64,000 nt of DNA from Candidatus Woesearchaeota archaeon (GTDB taxonomy: Archaea > Nanobdellota > Nanobdellia > Pacearchaeales > GW2011-AR1): NCBI GenBank assembly GCA_964581415.1, contig CAZOOJ010000001.1, positions 36,096 to 100,095 of the forward strand. The letters are read 5' to 3'. The notes under the pieces were generated by a model. It saw nothing but the letters and a program-made list of their open reading frames with translations. It did no database searches and had not been told where the DNA came from. Position 1 is the first letter of the stretch, and each line of letters opens with the position of its first letter. Positions 46,627-55,913 of the stretch are shown here, one piece after another. The translations under genes and the position numbers were made by a program.

Positions 46627-47895
46627 TTGGCAATTAAAATGGAAAATAAAATGAAAACAAAGAACATCGTAAGTTCTTTTCTAGCAATTTTAACAGTGTT
46701 ATTCTTAGTTTCTACAGTGAGTGCAACTGAAATAGCAGACATTACAAGTATGAAAATAAACGGAATAACTGTAACTTCCTGTAATAACTGTAATAATAAT
46801 CCTATAAGTGTTATTGCTGGAGAAATAATTAGTGCGGACGTTTATTTCATAGCTGAACAAAATGCATCTAATGTAAGGATGAAAGTCATGCTTGAAGGAA
46901 TCAAAGAAGATGTAAGTGCTAAAACAAATTTCTTTGATATTGAAGCTGGACATAGATATTCTAAAAGTGTTTCTTTAAGAGTTCCATATGAACTTAAAGA
47001 TGAAGTCAGTAGAGACATAACTCTTGAGATGAAGATATGGAATAGTGATTATGAAGCAGAAATTGATGAGATAGTTTTGAGAGTACAAAGACCTTCTTAT
47101 AATTTAGATATTATGTCAATAAGCACACATCAAAATATTGAAGCAGGAGAAACAATTCCAGTAGACATAGTGATAAAAAATATTGGTTATAACGATTTAG
47201 ATGATTTGTATATAACTGCAAAAATTCCTGGATTGGGTGTTGAAAAAAAAGCTTATTTCGGAGATTTAGTTTCAGCTGAATGCTGTGAAAATGATCCAGA
47301 TTGCTGTAATAGTAATGATGAAGATAGTGTTAGAGGAAGATTATATCTAGAAATTCCATATGACGCTAAAGAAGGAATCTACACTCTTGAAGTAGAAGCT
47401 GACAACAGTGATTTAAGCATCAGTAAAACTGAGCAAATCTACATAAGAAATGATTTCTCTGAAGGAAATGTAATTGTGTCTTCTTCAATAAGAAATGTTG
47501 CAGTTGGTGAAAACGCTGAATTTGATTTAGTGATAGTTAATCCTACAAACAAATTGAAAGTTTACAGAATAGTTACAACATCCTCTGGATTCTTGGATAC
47601 AGAAGCAAGTCAAACAGTAATAGCTGTTCCTGCAGGTTCAAGTGAAAGAGTTAAAATTACAGCTGTAGCAGAGAAAGAAGGAGAATATAGTTTCAATATG
47701 CATATCTTCTCAGGAGAAGAGCTTGTAAACACTAAAGAATTAAAAGTTAATGTATCTGGAAATGGAATAACAAATCCAGTAGTTATCTTGACAATTGTGT
47801 TAGCAATAATCTTCTTAGTGTTATTAGTAATTCTAATTATGTTGTTAGGAAAGAAACCTAAAAAGTCAGAAGAATTTGGAGAAAGTTACTACTAA
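46627..47895 (+). CDS. Secreted cell-surface protein with a C-terminal transmembrane anchor
   Basis: N-terminal signal peptide, Cys-rich CCENDPDCCNSNDED segment, repeated beta-rich segments, and a C-terminal hydrophobic helix followed by a basic tail (…LLGKKPKK…). Confidence 0.45.
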   Translation: MAIKMENKMKTKNIVSSFLAILTVLFLVSTVSATEIADITSMKINGITVTSCNNCNNNPISVIAGEIISADVYFIAEQNASNVRMKVMLEGIKEDVSAKTNFFDIEAGHRYSKSVSLRVPYELKDEVSRDITLEMKIWNSDYEAEIDEIVLRVQRPSYNLDIMSISTHQNIEAGETIPVDIVIKNIGYNDLDDLYITAKIPGLGVEKKAYFGDLVSAECCENDPDCCNSNDEDSVRGRLYLEIPYDAKEGIYTLEVEADNSDLSISKTEQIYIRNDFSEGNVIVSSSIRNVAVGENAEFDLVIVNPTNKLKVYRIVTTSSGFLDTEASQTVIAVPAGSSERVKITAVAEKEGEYSFNMHIFSGEELVNTKELKVNVSGNGITNPVVILTIVLAIIFLVLLVILIMLLGKKPKKSEEFGESYY

Positions 47896-48233
47896 ATTTT
47901 TTCTTTATTTTAATTTTTTATTTTTGTTTAACTTTCTCTTTTTTATTTTTGAATTTATATTCTGAAAAATAAGGCTTTAATACTGAGCTTATAAATATAA
48001 ATTAAGTTATTCTTTAATAGGTTGTTTTTGATAATTTATTTTTAAGGAATTAAATTCTGTAGGAATTATTATTAATTAGATAAAATTCTATGATGAAAAA
48101 ATATAGTTTTATCAAATCTAAAAATAATTAATTATTTAAAGGAATATAGAATAAAATGATTCTTATTGGAAGAAGTATATTAGAAAGCAAGAGAAATTAT
48201 TCTATATTTAATTACTTCTAATCAAATTCTTAT

Positions 48234-51092
48234 CTAAACTCTCAAACTGATTATTTTACTAATTCCTTCATGCATGCTTACTCCATAAAGATTTGTTGCT
48301 CTTGTTACAACTTCATCATTATGAGTTATTACTATATATTGTCCTTTTTTCATATATTTATTCAAAAGTCCTGCAAGTCTTTCTGAATTTCTTTTGTCAA
48401 GAGCAGCATCAATTTCATCAAGCATATAGAAATAATAAGGATTTAATTCCTGTATAGCAAAGATTAGAGATAAAGCAACAAGAGTCTGTTCTCCACCAGA
48501 AAGAGAAGTAACTTCAAAATATTTTCCATGTCCTGTTTTAACAACTATATTAACACCTCCTTCAAAAGGCTCTTTTTTATTCTCAAGTTCAAGCCATACT
48601 CTTCCTTTCATGCTCAGTTGGGAAAAGTTTTTTGAAAAAATTTCATTTAGAGAATTAAGAGTTTTGATAAATGTTTTTTTCTTTTTAATATCAATTTCAG
48701 AAATAATCTTTAGAACACTCTCTTTTTCTTTTACTATAATCTCCATTTTATCTTTTATAGAATCGTATTCTTTTTTTATAGACTCATAAACTTCTAAAGA
48801 ACGCAAATTTGGACTGCCTATTTTTGAAAAAATTTCTTGTGCTTTTTCAAGTCTTTGAATTAAATTCTCTCTTTTTGTATTTATAACTTCAATATTTTCA
48901 AATTCAGCAAATTCTGCTTCAAGATTTTCAGTTTCAGCATCAATTCTAGCTTTATGAATTTTAAGTTCATTTATCTCTCTTTCAAAATTTTCTATAGAAT
49001 TCTTTTGAGATAAAGAAAAATATTCGTTTTCTTTTATTTTTTTATTCAATTCTTCTGTTTGCCTAATCAGCTCTTTAAATTTCTTATTTAATTCTTCTTC
49101 ATTATTTCTTTTTTCATTTAAAGATTTATTTTTCAGCTCTATCTCTCTTTCTATTTCTTTTATCTCCTCATTCAACTCTTCTTCATTATTTTCTAACTGC
49201 TTTAAACTTATTTTTGCACGATCTAATTCTCTCTTTTTAAACAAAATCTCCGAATCTATTGTTTCTTCTGTTCTTAAGGAAATTTCCTGAAGCTCAATTC
49301 TAAAAGTTTCGCATTTTTGTTCTATGTTTAAACTATTTTCAGTTGAGATTTCTAAATATCTTTCTCTCTTTTTTAATTCAGAAAGTTCTTTTTTTTCATT
49401 TTCTTTTTTACCTTGAAGATTTTTAATTTGTTCTTTTTTCCCTTCAATATTTGAAAGTTTAATCAAATCAGATTCTCTTCTTAGTATATCTGAATTAATC
49501 TGTTCTATATCCTGTTTTAAAATTTCTCTTTTTTTTCCAATCTCACTTGATTGTTTATCTGATTCTTTTATCTGTTCTTTTAAAAGATTGATTTTCTCAT
49601 TTACTTTTTCATTTATGTAATCTATATGCTCTTTAGTGATTTTATTTCTACAAAGAGGGCATATATCTTTTTTTGGGATATCTTCTAACAATTTTTTTTG
49701 TCTTTCTATTTCATATTCGTTTGTATGAGATTTCTTTTCAAGTTCTATCTCCATTTTATTAAGTTTATCCAAAGAGTTTTCTTTTTCTTTTAAAGAAATT
49801 TTCAATTTTTCAAGTTTCTGAAAATCTGATTTTTTATCAAATAATTCTATTGACAGATTCTCTATTTGTTTTATTAAAAAATTAGATTCATTAGTGTAAT
49901 TTTTCAGAAGATTTTCTTTATCAGAAATTCTCTGTTTTAAAGATTTTAATTCTGATTTAAGAAGATAATATTTCTTTCTTTGTTTTTCTAACTTTTCAAG
50001 CTCTTTCTTTTTTTCTTTTAATTCATCCTGTTTTTTTATGTCTATAGAAGATTCATTCTGAAGCTGATTTAGAGAAAATTCATTATTTTTTATTGAATTC
50101 TGAAATTCTTTTTTTTGATTTTTCAATTCAAGGATTTTCTTTTTAAAATTATCAAATTTAACATTAAGTCCTGCTAATTCAGCTCTCAAATCTGCTATTT
50201 CTTTATTAAGTTTCTCTTGTTCTAATCCTGTTGAATCTTTTATTCTCAGATTTATTGAATTAATCTTTGATTGAAAATTTCTTGTAGAGCTTTCAATATT
50301 CAAAAGAATTTTTTTTATTTTTTCAATTTCTTTGTATTTTTTTTCTATTTCATTATTTGTCAAGTCTGCGTCTTTCTTCTTTTTGTTTAAATCGTAATTT
50401 ATTATGCTCGCTTTATATCTTCTAATATCTTTTTCAATTTTTTTATATCTCAATGCTTGCTGTCTTTCTTTTTCAAGATTATTTAAATAAGAGGTTCTTT
50501 CCTTTAGAATAGCTAAAATCTCTTTTAAGTTTTCTTCAATTTTTTCTAGTTCTTTCAGAGATTTGGTTTTACGAGACTCATAAATTGAAATTCCTGAAAC
50601 TTCTTCAATTATTCTTCTTCTTTCTTCAGTATGCATTCTTACAAAATTCTGAATTTCTCCCTGCAGAATTATATTAAATCCATTAGGGTCTATTCCTGCC
50701 TGTGCCAGCAAAAATAAAACTTCCTGTCTTGTTTTTGTTTCATCATTAATTTTATAAATGCTTTGTCCATTTTTCCTTACAATTCTTTTTATAGAAAGTT
50801 CATCTTTATCTAATGAAAAAACATTATTTGAATTATCAAAAATTAATTCTACACTTGCTTCTTTTGAAGGAGAAATATTTTTTGTTCCTAAAAAGATAAG
50901 ATTCTGTGATTTTGTAGCTCTCATAGATTTTATGCTTAATCTTCCTAAAACAAAACAAAGCGCATCTGTGATATTACTTTTACCAGAACCATTAGTTCCT
51001 ATTATAATATTTATTCCAGGTGTAAAAAGAATTTCTGTTTTTCTTGGAAAACTTTTAAATCCTTTTACCACCAATTTTTTTATATAGGTCAT
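48234..51092 (-). CDS. SMC-like ATPase (SMC-type head domains and a long coiled coil) with a central CPxC zinc-hook motif and no hinge domain
   Basis: N-terminus MTYIKKLVVKGFKSF…GTNGSGKSNITDALCFVLG (SMC Walker A). C-terminus LSGGEQTLVALSLIFAIQ…FYMLDEIDAALD (SMC signature/D-loop). The mid-protein …DICPLCRNKI… sits in continuous heptad coiled coil. 952 aa. Confidence 0.7.
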   Translation of the reverse strand: MTYIKKLVVKGFKSFPRKTEILFTPGINIIIGTNGSGKSNITDALCFVLGRLSIKSMRATKSQNLIFLGTKNISPSKEASVELIFDNSNNVFSLDKDELSIKRIVRKNGQSIYKINDETKTRQEVLFLLAQAGIDPNGFNIILQGEIQNFVRMHTEERRRIIEEVSGISIYESRKTKSLKELEKIEENLKEILAILKERTSYLNNLEKERQQALRYKKIEKDIRRYKASIINYDLNKKKKDADLTNNEIEKKYKEIEKIKKILLNIESSTRNFQSKINSINLRIKDSTGLEQEKLNKEIADLRAELAGLNVKFDNFKKKILELKNQKKEFQNSIKNNEFSLNQLQNESSIDIKKQDELKEKKKELEKLEKQRKKYYLLKSELKSLKQRISDKENLLKNYTNESNFLIKQIENLSIELFDKKSDFQKLEKLKISLKEKENSLDKLNKMEIELEKKSHTNEYEIERQKKLLEDIPKKDICPLCRNKITKEHIDYINEKVNEKINLLKEQIKESDKQSSEIGKKREILKQDIEQINSDILRRESDLIKLSNIEGKKEQIKNLQGKKENEKKELSELKKRERYLEISTENSLNIEQKCETFRIELQEISLRTEETIDSEILFKKRELDRAKISLKQLENNEEELNEEIKEIEREIELKNKSLNEKRNNEEELNKKFKELIRQTEELNKKIKENEYFSLSQKNSIENFEREINELKIHKARIDAETENLEAEFAEFENIEVINTKRENLIQRLEKAQEIFSKIGSPNLRSLEVYESIKKEYDSIKDKMEIIVKEKESVLKIISEIDIKKKKTFIKTLNSLNEIFSKNFSQLSMKGRVWLELENKKEPFEGGVNIVVKTGHGKYFEVTSLSGGEQTLVALSLIFAIQELNPYYFYMLDEIDAALDKRNSERLAGLLNKYMKKGQYIVITHNDEVVTRATNLYGVSMHEGISKIISLRV

Positions 51093-51134
51093 TAAGAAGA
51101 AAATATTTGGTTCTTTTTAAAGATTAAGATTAGA

Positions 51135-51809
51135 TTAAAAGTCTCCTAATTTTTTTTGCTCTATCTCTTCAAAAACATTTTTCCATGTTATCCATGTCTT
51201 TCTAAAAATTCCCTTGTTTTTATGTTTCTTTGCGTTTTCTTTTAGAAATCTTTTAGTTATTGGATCTGAACAATAACCAGAACCAATTCCATCTCCATAA
51301 ATTTCCTTAAGTTTGGAAATTTCTTTTTCTCTAGTAATCTTAGCTAAGATAGATGCTGCTGAAACAGAAACATGATTTTTATCAGCTTTATGTTCGCAGG
51401 AAATTTCTAAATTAGAAAGATTTTTTATCTTTGTTTTTAAAAAATCCTGCCATTTGGAAATTATTGTAGAGGGACAATCAACAATAACTTTTATCTTTTT
51501 AAATCCTTTATTTATCTTATTTATTATTTTAGCGCAAGCAATTGCTTCAACTTTATTTAGATTGATTCCATTTAAAGAATTTCCATCAATTTCTTCAGGA
51601 TAAATAGTTATAATTTCAAATGTTTCAGCTTTTTCCTTTATTTTTTCAGCTAAAAATTCTCTTCTTCTTTGAGTAAGCTGTTTAGAGTCTCTTACACCTA
51701 ATTTTTTTAATTCTCTTTCTGCATTTTCATTAATTAAACAGCCTGCAAGAACCATTGGGCCTATTACCGGACCTCTTCCAGCATCATCAATTCCAAGTTT
51801 AATTTGCAT
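51135..51809 (-). CDS. rnhB: Ribonuclease HII
   Basis: N-terminus …LGIDDAGRGPVIGPMVLAGC… is the RNase HII catalytic-site signature. Confidence 0.85.
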   Translation of the reverse strand: MQIKLGIDDAGRGPVIGPMVLAGCLINENAERELKKLGVRDSKQLTQRRREFLAEKIKEKAETFEIITIYPEEIDGNSLNGINLNKVEAIACAKIINKINKGFKKIKVIVDCPSTIISKWQDFLKTKIKNLSNLEISCEHKADKNHVSVSAASILAKITREKEISKLKEIYGDGIGSGYCSDPITKRFLKENAKKHKNKGIFRKTWITWKNVFEEIEQKKLGDF

Positions 51810-52002
51810 AATTTGGAGAAAAAAAGTCTGTATATAAAACTTCCTATATTTTCAAATCTTAATATTAAAATCAGGACTCTAGAGATTCCTTTAAAAAAAT
51901 AGAATTTTATAATCTTTTTATTTATAGATAGATTCTCATTAAAGTCTATTAAAAATATTTATATAAGCAAGTTATTATCTTAAAAGAAGTTATAAAAAAC
52001 AA

Positions 52003-52084
52003 GCCGCTGTCGCATAGTGGTTATTGCACGGCACTGGAGCTGCCGGCCCTTCGGGGCGCCCAGGTTCGATTCCTGGCAGCGGCG
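52003..52084 (+). tRNA. tRNA-Ser (anticodon GGA), long variable arm
   Basis: Acceptor GCCGCTG/CAGCGGC, anticodon stem CGGCA/TGCCG with loop CTGGAGC, variable arm GCCC-TTCG-GGGC, and T-arm CCAGG-TTCGATT-CCTGG. Confidence 0.8.
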
Positions 52085-52103
52085 TTTATGCAGTTGAAAA
52101 TCA

Positions 52104-52185
52104 GCCCTCATCGCATAATGGTATTGCAACGGACTCGAGCTCCGTGTCCTTTTTGGACGTCCCTGTTCGATTCAGGGTGAGGGCG
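52104..52185 (+). tRNA. tRNA-Ser (anticodon CGA), long variable arm
   Basis: Acceptor GCCCTCA/TGAGGGC, anticodon stem ACGGA/TCCGT with loop CTCGAGC, variable arm GTCC-TTTTT-GGAC, and T-arm CCCTG-TTCGATT-CAGGG. Confidence 0.8.
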
Positions 52186-52228
52186 TATTCGGAAAGTTTT
52201 ATAAGTAAAAACAGATAATCAGTAATAT

Positions 52229-52304
52229 AGCGGGATGGAGCAGTCTGGAGTGCTCGTCGGGCCCATAACCCGGAGGTCGCGTGGTTCAAATCCCGCTCCC
52301 GCTA
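52229..52304 (+). tRNA. Initiator tRNA-Met (anticodon CAU; A1:U72 archaeal initiator type)
   Basis: AGCGGGA…TCCCGCT acceptor, and anticodon stem-loop TCGGG-CCCATAA-CCCGG, closely matching archaeal tRNAi. The T-stem appears to carry one extra (bulged) T (GCG[T]GG/CCCGC). Confidence 0.75.
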
Positions 52305-52313
52305 TTCTTTAAA

Positions 52314-52730
52314 ATGCAGACATTTTTACCATATCCAAATATTGAAAAATCATTAAAAGTTTTAGATAACAAAAGGCTTGGAAAGCAGAGAGTTGAAGCT
52401 TATCAGATATTAAATATTCTTCTCAATAGAACTAAAACAAAAGGATGGAAAAATCATCCTGCTGTAAAAATGTGGAAAGGGCATTCTAATGCTTTAAAAT
52501 TATACTTTAATAAATCTCTAGAAGAATGGATTAAAAGAGGATATAAAAATAATATGAAATTAGAAAAAATTAGAGGAAAAATTAAAATGCCTAGATGGTT
52601 CGGAAATAAAAAATTTCATGCATCTCATAGAAGCAATTTATTAAGAAAAGATAAAAAATATTATTCTAAATTTAAATGGAAAGAAAAGAATAATCTGCCT
52701 TATGTTTGGAATATAAAAGAAATTATTTAA
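52314..52730 (+). CDS. Hypothetical protein, weakly Pyr_excise-like (possible pyrimidine-dimer DNA glycosylase family)
   Basis: MQTFLPYPNIEKSLKVLDNKRLGKQRVEAYQIL resembles the …YLD.K.L…REA…L N-terminal block of the family. The start is set at the ATG after the tRNA; the ORF-track start lies inside tRNAi. Confidence 0.3.
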   Translation: MQTFLPYPNIEKSLKVLDNKRLGKQRVEAYQILNILLNRTKTKGWKNHPAVKMWKGHSNALKLYFNKSLEEWIKRGYKNNMKLEKIRGKIKMPRWFGNKKFHASHRSNLLRKDKKYYSKFKWKEKNNLPYVWNIKEII

Positions 52731-52783
52731 AACAATAAATCTTTATATTTTGAATATATAAAATATAAAAAAGGAGGTAAAAA

Positions 52784-53008
52784 ATGAAAAAAGATGTGTT
52801 TGAAAAGTTGTCTGCTTTAATTATTGCTGCTTTTGGATTAGTTGCTGCTTTGGCTTGGAATGGAGCAATTCAATCAATTTTTAAACAGGTGTTTGGAGAT
52901 TCTGAAACTATCGTAGCAATGTTATTTTATGCAACAATTGTTACTATAATAGCAGTAATAGTGGCTATTTGGATTGGAAAATTAGAAGCAAAAGCAAATA
53001 AGAAATAA
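52784..53008 (+). CDS. Small membrane protein (74 aa)
   Basis: Two hydrophobic helices; good SD-like AGGAGG upstream (52773-52778). Confidence 0.35.
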   Translation: MKKDVFEKLSALIIAAFGLVAALAWNGAIQSIFKQVFGDSETIVAMLFYATIVTIIAVIVAIWIGKLEAKANKK

Positions 53009-53440
53009 AAATTAATATCTGTATAGAAATTGCATTAGATTAATGATTATAATTGCAAAACCAATTACTATTCTTATTGTTTGTGTAGATTGTCTTTTCA
53101 ATGAAGTAGAAGGATGCTCAAAAATCCTCACAAATCCTTCAATAACAAAAAAATTGCAACCAGAAATGCAAGTATATCTCTAGCTATTGAATCAAAAGAG
53201 CTACATCCTTCATCAACAGAAGTTTGGTCAATTGTTTGAGTATAAAAAGTCACAGAAATAACTATTGCACATAAAAAATGTAAAAAGAAGTGTCTGGTTA
53301 ATGTTTTTCATATTTATTATTTAAAAATAAAATTTATAAATTTTTTAGATTTCAAAATAAAAACTCTTAAATCTTCTTAATTAATTTTTATTAATAATAA
53401 TCCAAAAGTTTAAATTACAAAAAAAATATATAAAATTGAT

Positions 53441-53521
53441 GCCCTGATCGCATAATGGTATTGCACCAGATTGCTAATCTGGATCCTTCGGGATGCGCAG
53501 GTTCGATTCCTGCTCAGGGCG
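53441..53521 (+). tRNA. tRNA-Ser (anticodon GCU), long variable arm
   Basis: Acceptor GCCCTGA/TCAGGGC, anticodon stem CCAGA/TCTGG with loop TTGCTAA, variable arm ATCC-TTCG-GGAT, and T-arm GCAGG-TTCGATT-CCTGC. Confidence 0.8.
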
Positions 53522-53799
53522 TTTTCTTGGAAAAAAATAAATAGTTTAACTCCCTAAGAGAAATAGAGCTAAAATGTACAATATCCCAACTAATTAATAA
53601 CTATGCTTCTATTTTCTTTTTCTTCTATTTCTTCTCCACAAGAATTATAAAATTTACTCTCCTCACTTAACTTAAAATTACATTTATTGCATTTCATTTT
53701 TCTTAAATTTTGTAGAATTAAGACCAATTAACTTAACAACATATCTTAAAGATTAAATTTATAAATCTCAAGAATATTATTTTATAAAAGAAGTGAAAA

Positions 53800-54069
53800 A
53801 TGAAGAATCATTTTGATATAAAAAAGAGATTAATTAGCCACAAAAAGTTAGCACAAGAAAGAACAATTTTGGCTAATGAAAGAAATACCCTCGCTTATGT
53901 AAGAACTGGTTTTAGCTCTTTTGTTTTAGGTATCGCTTTAATAAAATTATTTGAAGAACATATTAAATATGTTTATGCAGGTTATGGTGCATTAAGCATG
54001 GGAATAATTTTAATTTTGTTTGGTTTAATTTATTATCCTTTAAGAAAAAAGAAGATACTTTCTTACTAA
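53800..54069 (+). CDS. DUF202 (YidH-like) small membrane protein
   Basis: …LAQERTILANERNTLAYVRTGFSSFVLGIAL… matches the DUF202 N-terminal motif. Two TM helices. Confidence 0.5.
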   Translation: MKNHFDIKKRLISHKKLAQERTILANERNTLAYVRTGFSSFVLGIALIKLFEEHIKYVYAGYGALSMGIILILFGLIYYPLRKKKILSY

Positions 54070-54141
54070 TTTATAAAAAAGTTTAGAAAAAATCGAAAAC
54101 CAAAACATTTAAAAAAGTTTTTTTTTTAGTTTGAGTATAAA

Positions 54142-54897
54142 ATGGAAAAATCAGAGGAAAAACAAAAAAAACAGGATAAAAATAAGCAAAATTTTTGGAA
54201 GAATGGGGCTATTTTGGTTTTAGCTGTTTTGGTTGTTGGAAGTTTTATAATTTTTTCAGGTGGAGATAATAATTCTAATTTAACTGGCAATGTTATTGCG
54301 ACAGTAAATGGAGAAAAAATAACTTCTGAGGAAGTCGAAGCTATTCAGCAATTATTTGTTCAACAAGGGCAACAAATCTCTGAAGAAGACGCTTTAGAAC
54401 AAGTTATAAATCAAGAATTAATCTCACAAGAAATGAAAAAAGGAGATTATTCTATTTCAACTGAAGAAGCAGAATCTATAATAAAAGAGCAAATTGCAAT
54501 GCAGGGCGCATCTTTAGAAGATTATAAGCAACAACTTTCTCAACAAGGAATTTCTTATGAAGAACAATTAGATTCTATTAAAGAAGAATTAGCAGTTCAA
54601 AAATATTTAGAAACTCAACTGGAGGGAGAAAGTTTTGAAGTTAGTGAAGAAGAAACTCGGGAATTTTATGAAATGTATGAACAGCAATCTCCAGAAGAAA
54701 TACCCTCTTATGATGAATTAGAACCTGAGATAATTGCAACATTAAAACAACAAAAACAACAAGAAGCAGTGAATATTCTTATTCAGGAACTTAGAGGAAA
54801 TGCAGAAATAGAATATTTACAAGAAGTAGATTCTAAAGCAGAAGCAATAGAAGAAATGCCAATTGAGGGAGAAATTCCTGTTGAGATTACTGAATAA
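54142..54897 (+). CDS. Membrane-anchored acidic protein with a SurA/PrsA-N-like chaperone segment (no PPIase domain)
   Basis: Signal-anchor helix, then …NVIATVNGEKITSEEVEAIQQ… resembling the N-terminal domain of SurA/PrsA foldases. The rest is Q/E-rich. Confidence 0.3.
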   Translation: MEKSEEKQKKQDKNKQNFWKNGAILVLAVLVVGSFIIFSGGDNNSNLTGNVIATVNGEKITSEEVEAIQQLFVQQGQQISEEDALEQVINQELISQEMKKGDYSISTEEAESIIKEQIAMQGASLEDYKQQLSQQGISYEEQLDSIKEELAVQKYLETQLEGESFEVSEEETREFYEMYEQQSPEEIPSYDELEPEIIATLKQQKQQEAVNILIQELRGNAEIEYLQEVDSKAEAIEEMPIEGEIPVEITE

Positions 54898-55193
54898 AAA
54901 AATTAATTTTAGTTCTATTTTTTAAAATGTGTTAATAGAATTCTCCTTTTTAGAAAAAAGAAGCAGAAGAAGGCAGTGGCTCACGAAAACAAATACAGCA
55001 ACAATTTTTATTGTCAATAATTACACTTTTTAACAAACTTCTGCACTCCTCAAGTAGCAATCTCATTTTAAAAGAAGAATATTCATAGCTGTTTCAAGGT
55101 AAATAAACAGAGCAACAAACTTTTCATAAAACACCTCACGAGATATTTAACCTTAGTTTAAGGTAGCAACATTTTTGCTTAGAATATTAGAAT

Positions 55194-55420
55194 TTATTCA
55201 GTGATCTTACTTTGTAAATCATCTAAGTTAAAAGGTCCTATGTTATTTTGTTTCATCTCTGCATCAATACCATCGCCTTCAAATCTAGGAATTATATGAA
55301 CATGAAAATGAGGATGATGATGCTTCTCCTATAAACTATTTATTAGCAAGTCAAATAAACTTCTGTGCAGAATTACTTAATCATCATGCAGAATTGATTT
55401 TCCACACAAAACCTTCATCT
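55194..55420 (-). pseudogene. HIT-family (histidine triad) hydrolase remnant with an intact C-terminal HxHxH segment and a degraded N-terminal part
   Basis: Minus-strand …EKHHHPHFHVHIIPRFEGDGIDAEMKQNNIGPFNLDDLQSKITE* ends at 55194. Upstream in the same frame a stop occurs immediately. Upstream fragments such as …NQFCMMIK*FCTEVY… lie in other frames with stops. The surrounding ~770 bp has no intact ORF. Confidence 0.4.
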
Positions 55421-55669
55421 TCAAAAGATTTAAATAATCAAAATAGATAATTAATATTAAAATGGATTTTATAGGGGGGTGTTATTAGTTTAACTGAAAA
55501 AATTACTGCAGGAATATTTCCTTCATCTATTATAACCTTAGGATTTCTTCTTTCATTTTTATTTACAATTGCTTTTTATGTTTATTTTGCTCTTTCCTGG
55601 AGTGTAATTGCAAAAAAATTAAAATATAAAAATTATTGGCTTGCGTGGATACCTTTTGCAAATCTTGCA

Positions 55670-55909
55670 ATGATTCTTCAACTTGGAGAATTTCACTGGG
55701 CTCTTATTTTCTTATTTTTAATTCCTATTTTGGGATGGATTGCTCTTTCTGTTTTAATAATTATTGCTATGTGGAGAATCTTTGAAAAAAGAAAATATCC
55801 TGGATGGTTTAGTTTATCTCTAATACTTCCTAAAATAGGAGGAGTATTATATTTAATAATAATTGGTTTTGTTGCATGGAAAGACAGAAAAAAACCTATT
55901 AAATTCTAA
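55670..55909 (+). CDS. Small membrane protein, possibly N-terminally extended beyond the annotated ATG
   Basis: Hydrophobic ORF. The reading frame stays open upstream to 55562 (…SWSVIAKKLKYKNYWLAWIPFANLA…) but has no ATG there. Confidence 0.3.
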   Translation: MILQLGEFHWALIFLFLIPILGWIALSVLIIIAMWRIFEKRKYPGWFSLSLILPKIGGVLYLIIIGFVAWKDRKKPIKF

Positions 55910-55913
55910 TTAT

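Noticed and set aside
52024-52289. ORFs 52024-52218 (+) and 52101-52289 (-)
   Set aside because: They overlap the tRNA-Ser/tRNA-Ser/tRNAi cluster; the GC-rich tRNA sequence simply lacks stops.
53040-53311. Possible degraded small membrane-protein ORF on the minus strand (MKNINQTLLFTFFMC… then frame breaks)
   Set aside because: Only a 27-aa intact ORF followed by out-of-frame hydrophobic fragments. A real gene remnant cannot be distinguished from chance ORFs in AT-rich DNA.
53598-53705. 35-aa minus-strand zinc-ribbon-like ORF (MKCNKCNFKLSEESKFYNSCGEE…)
   Set aside because: Only three Cys and no fourth ligand or second CxxC; insufficient support.
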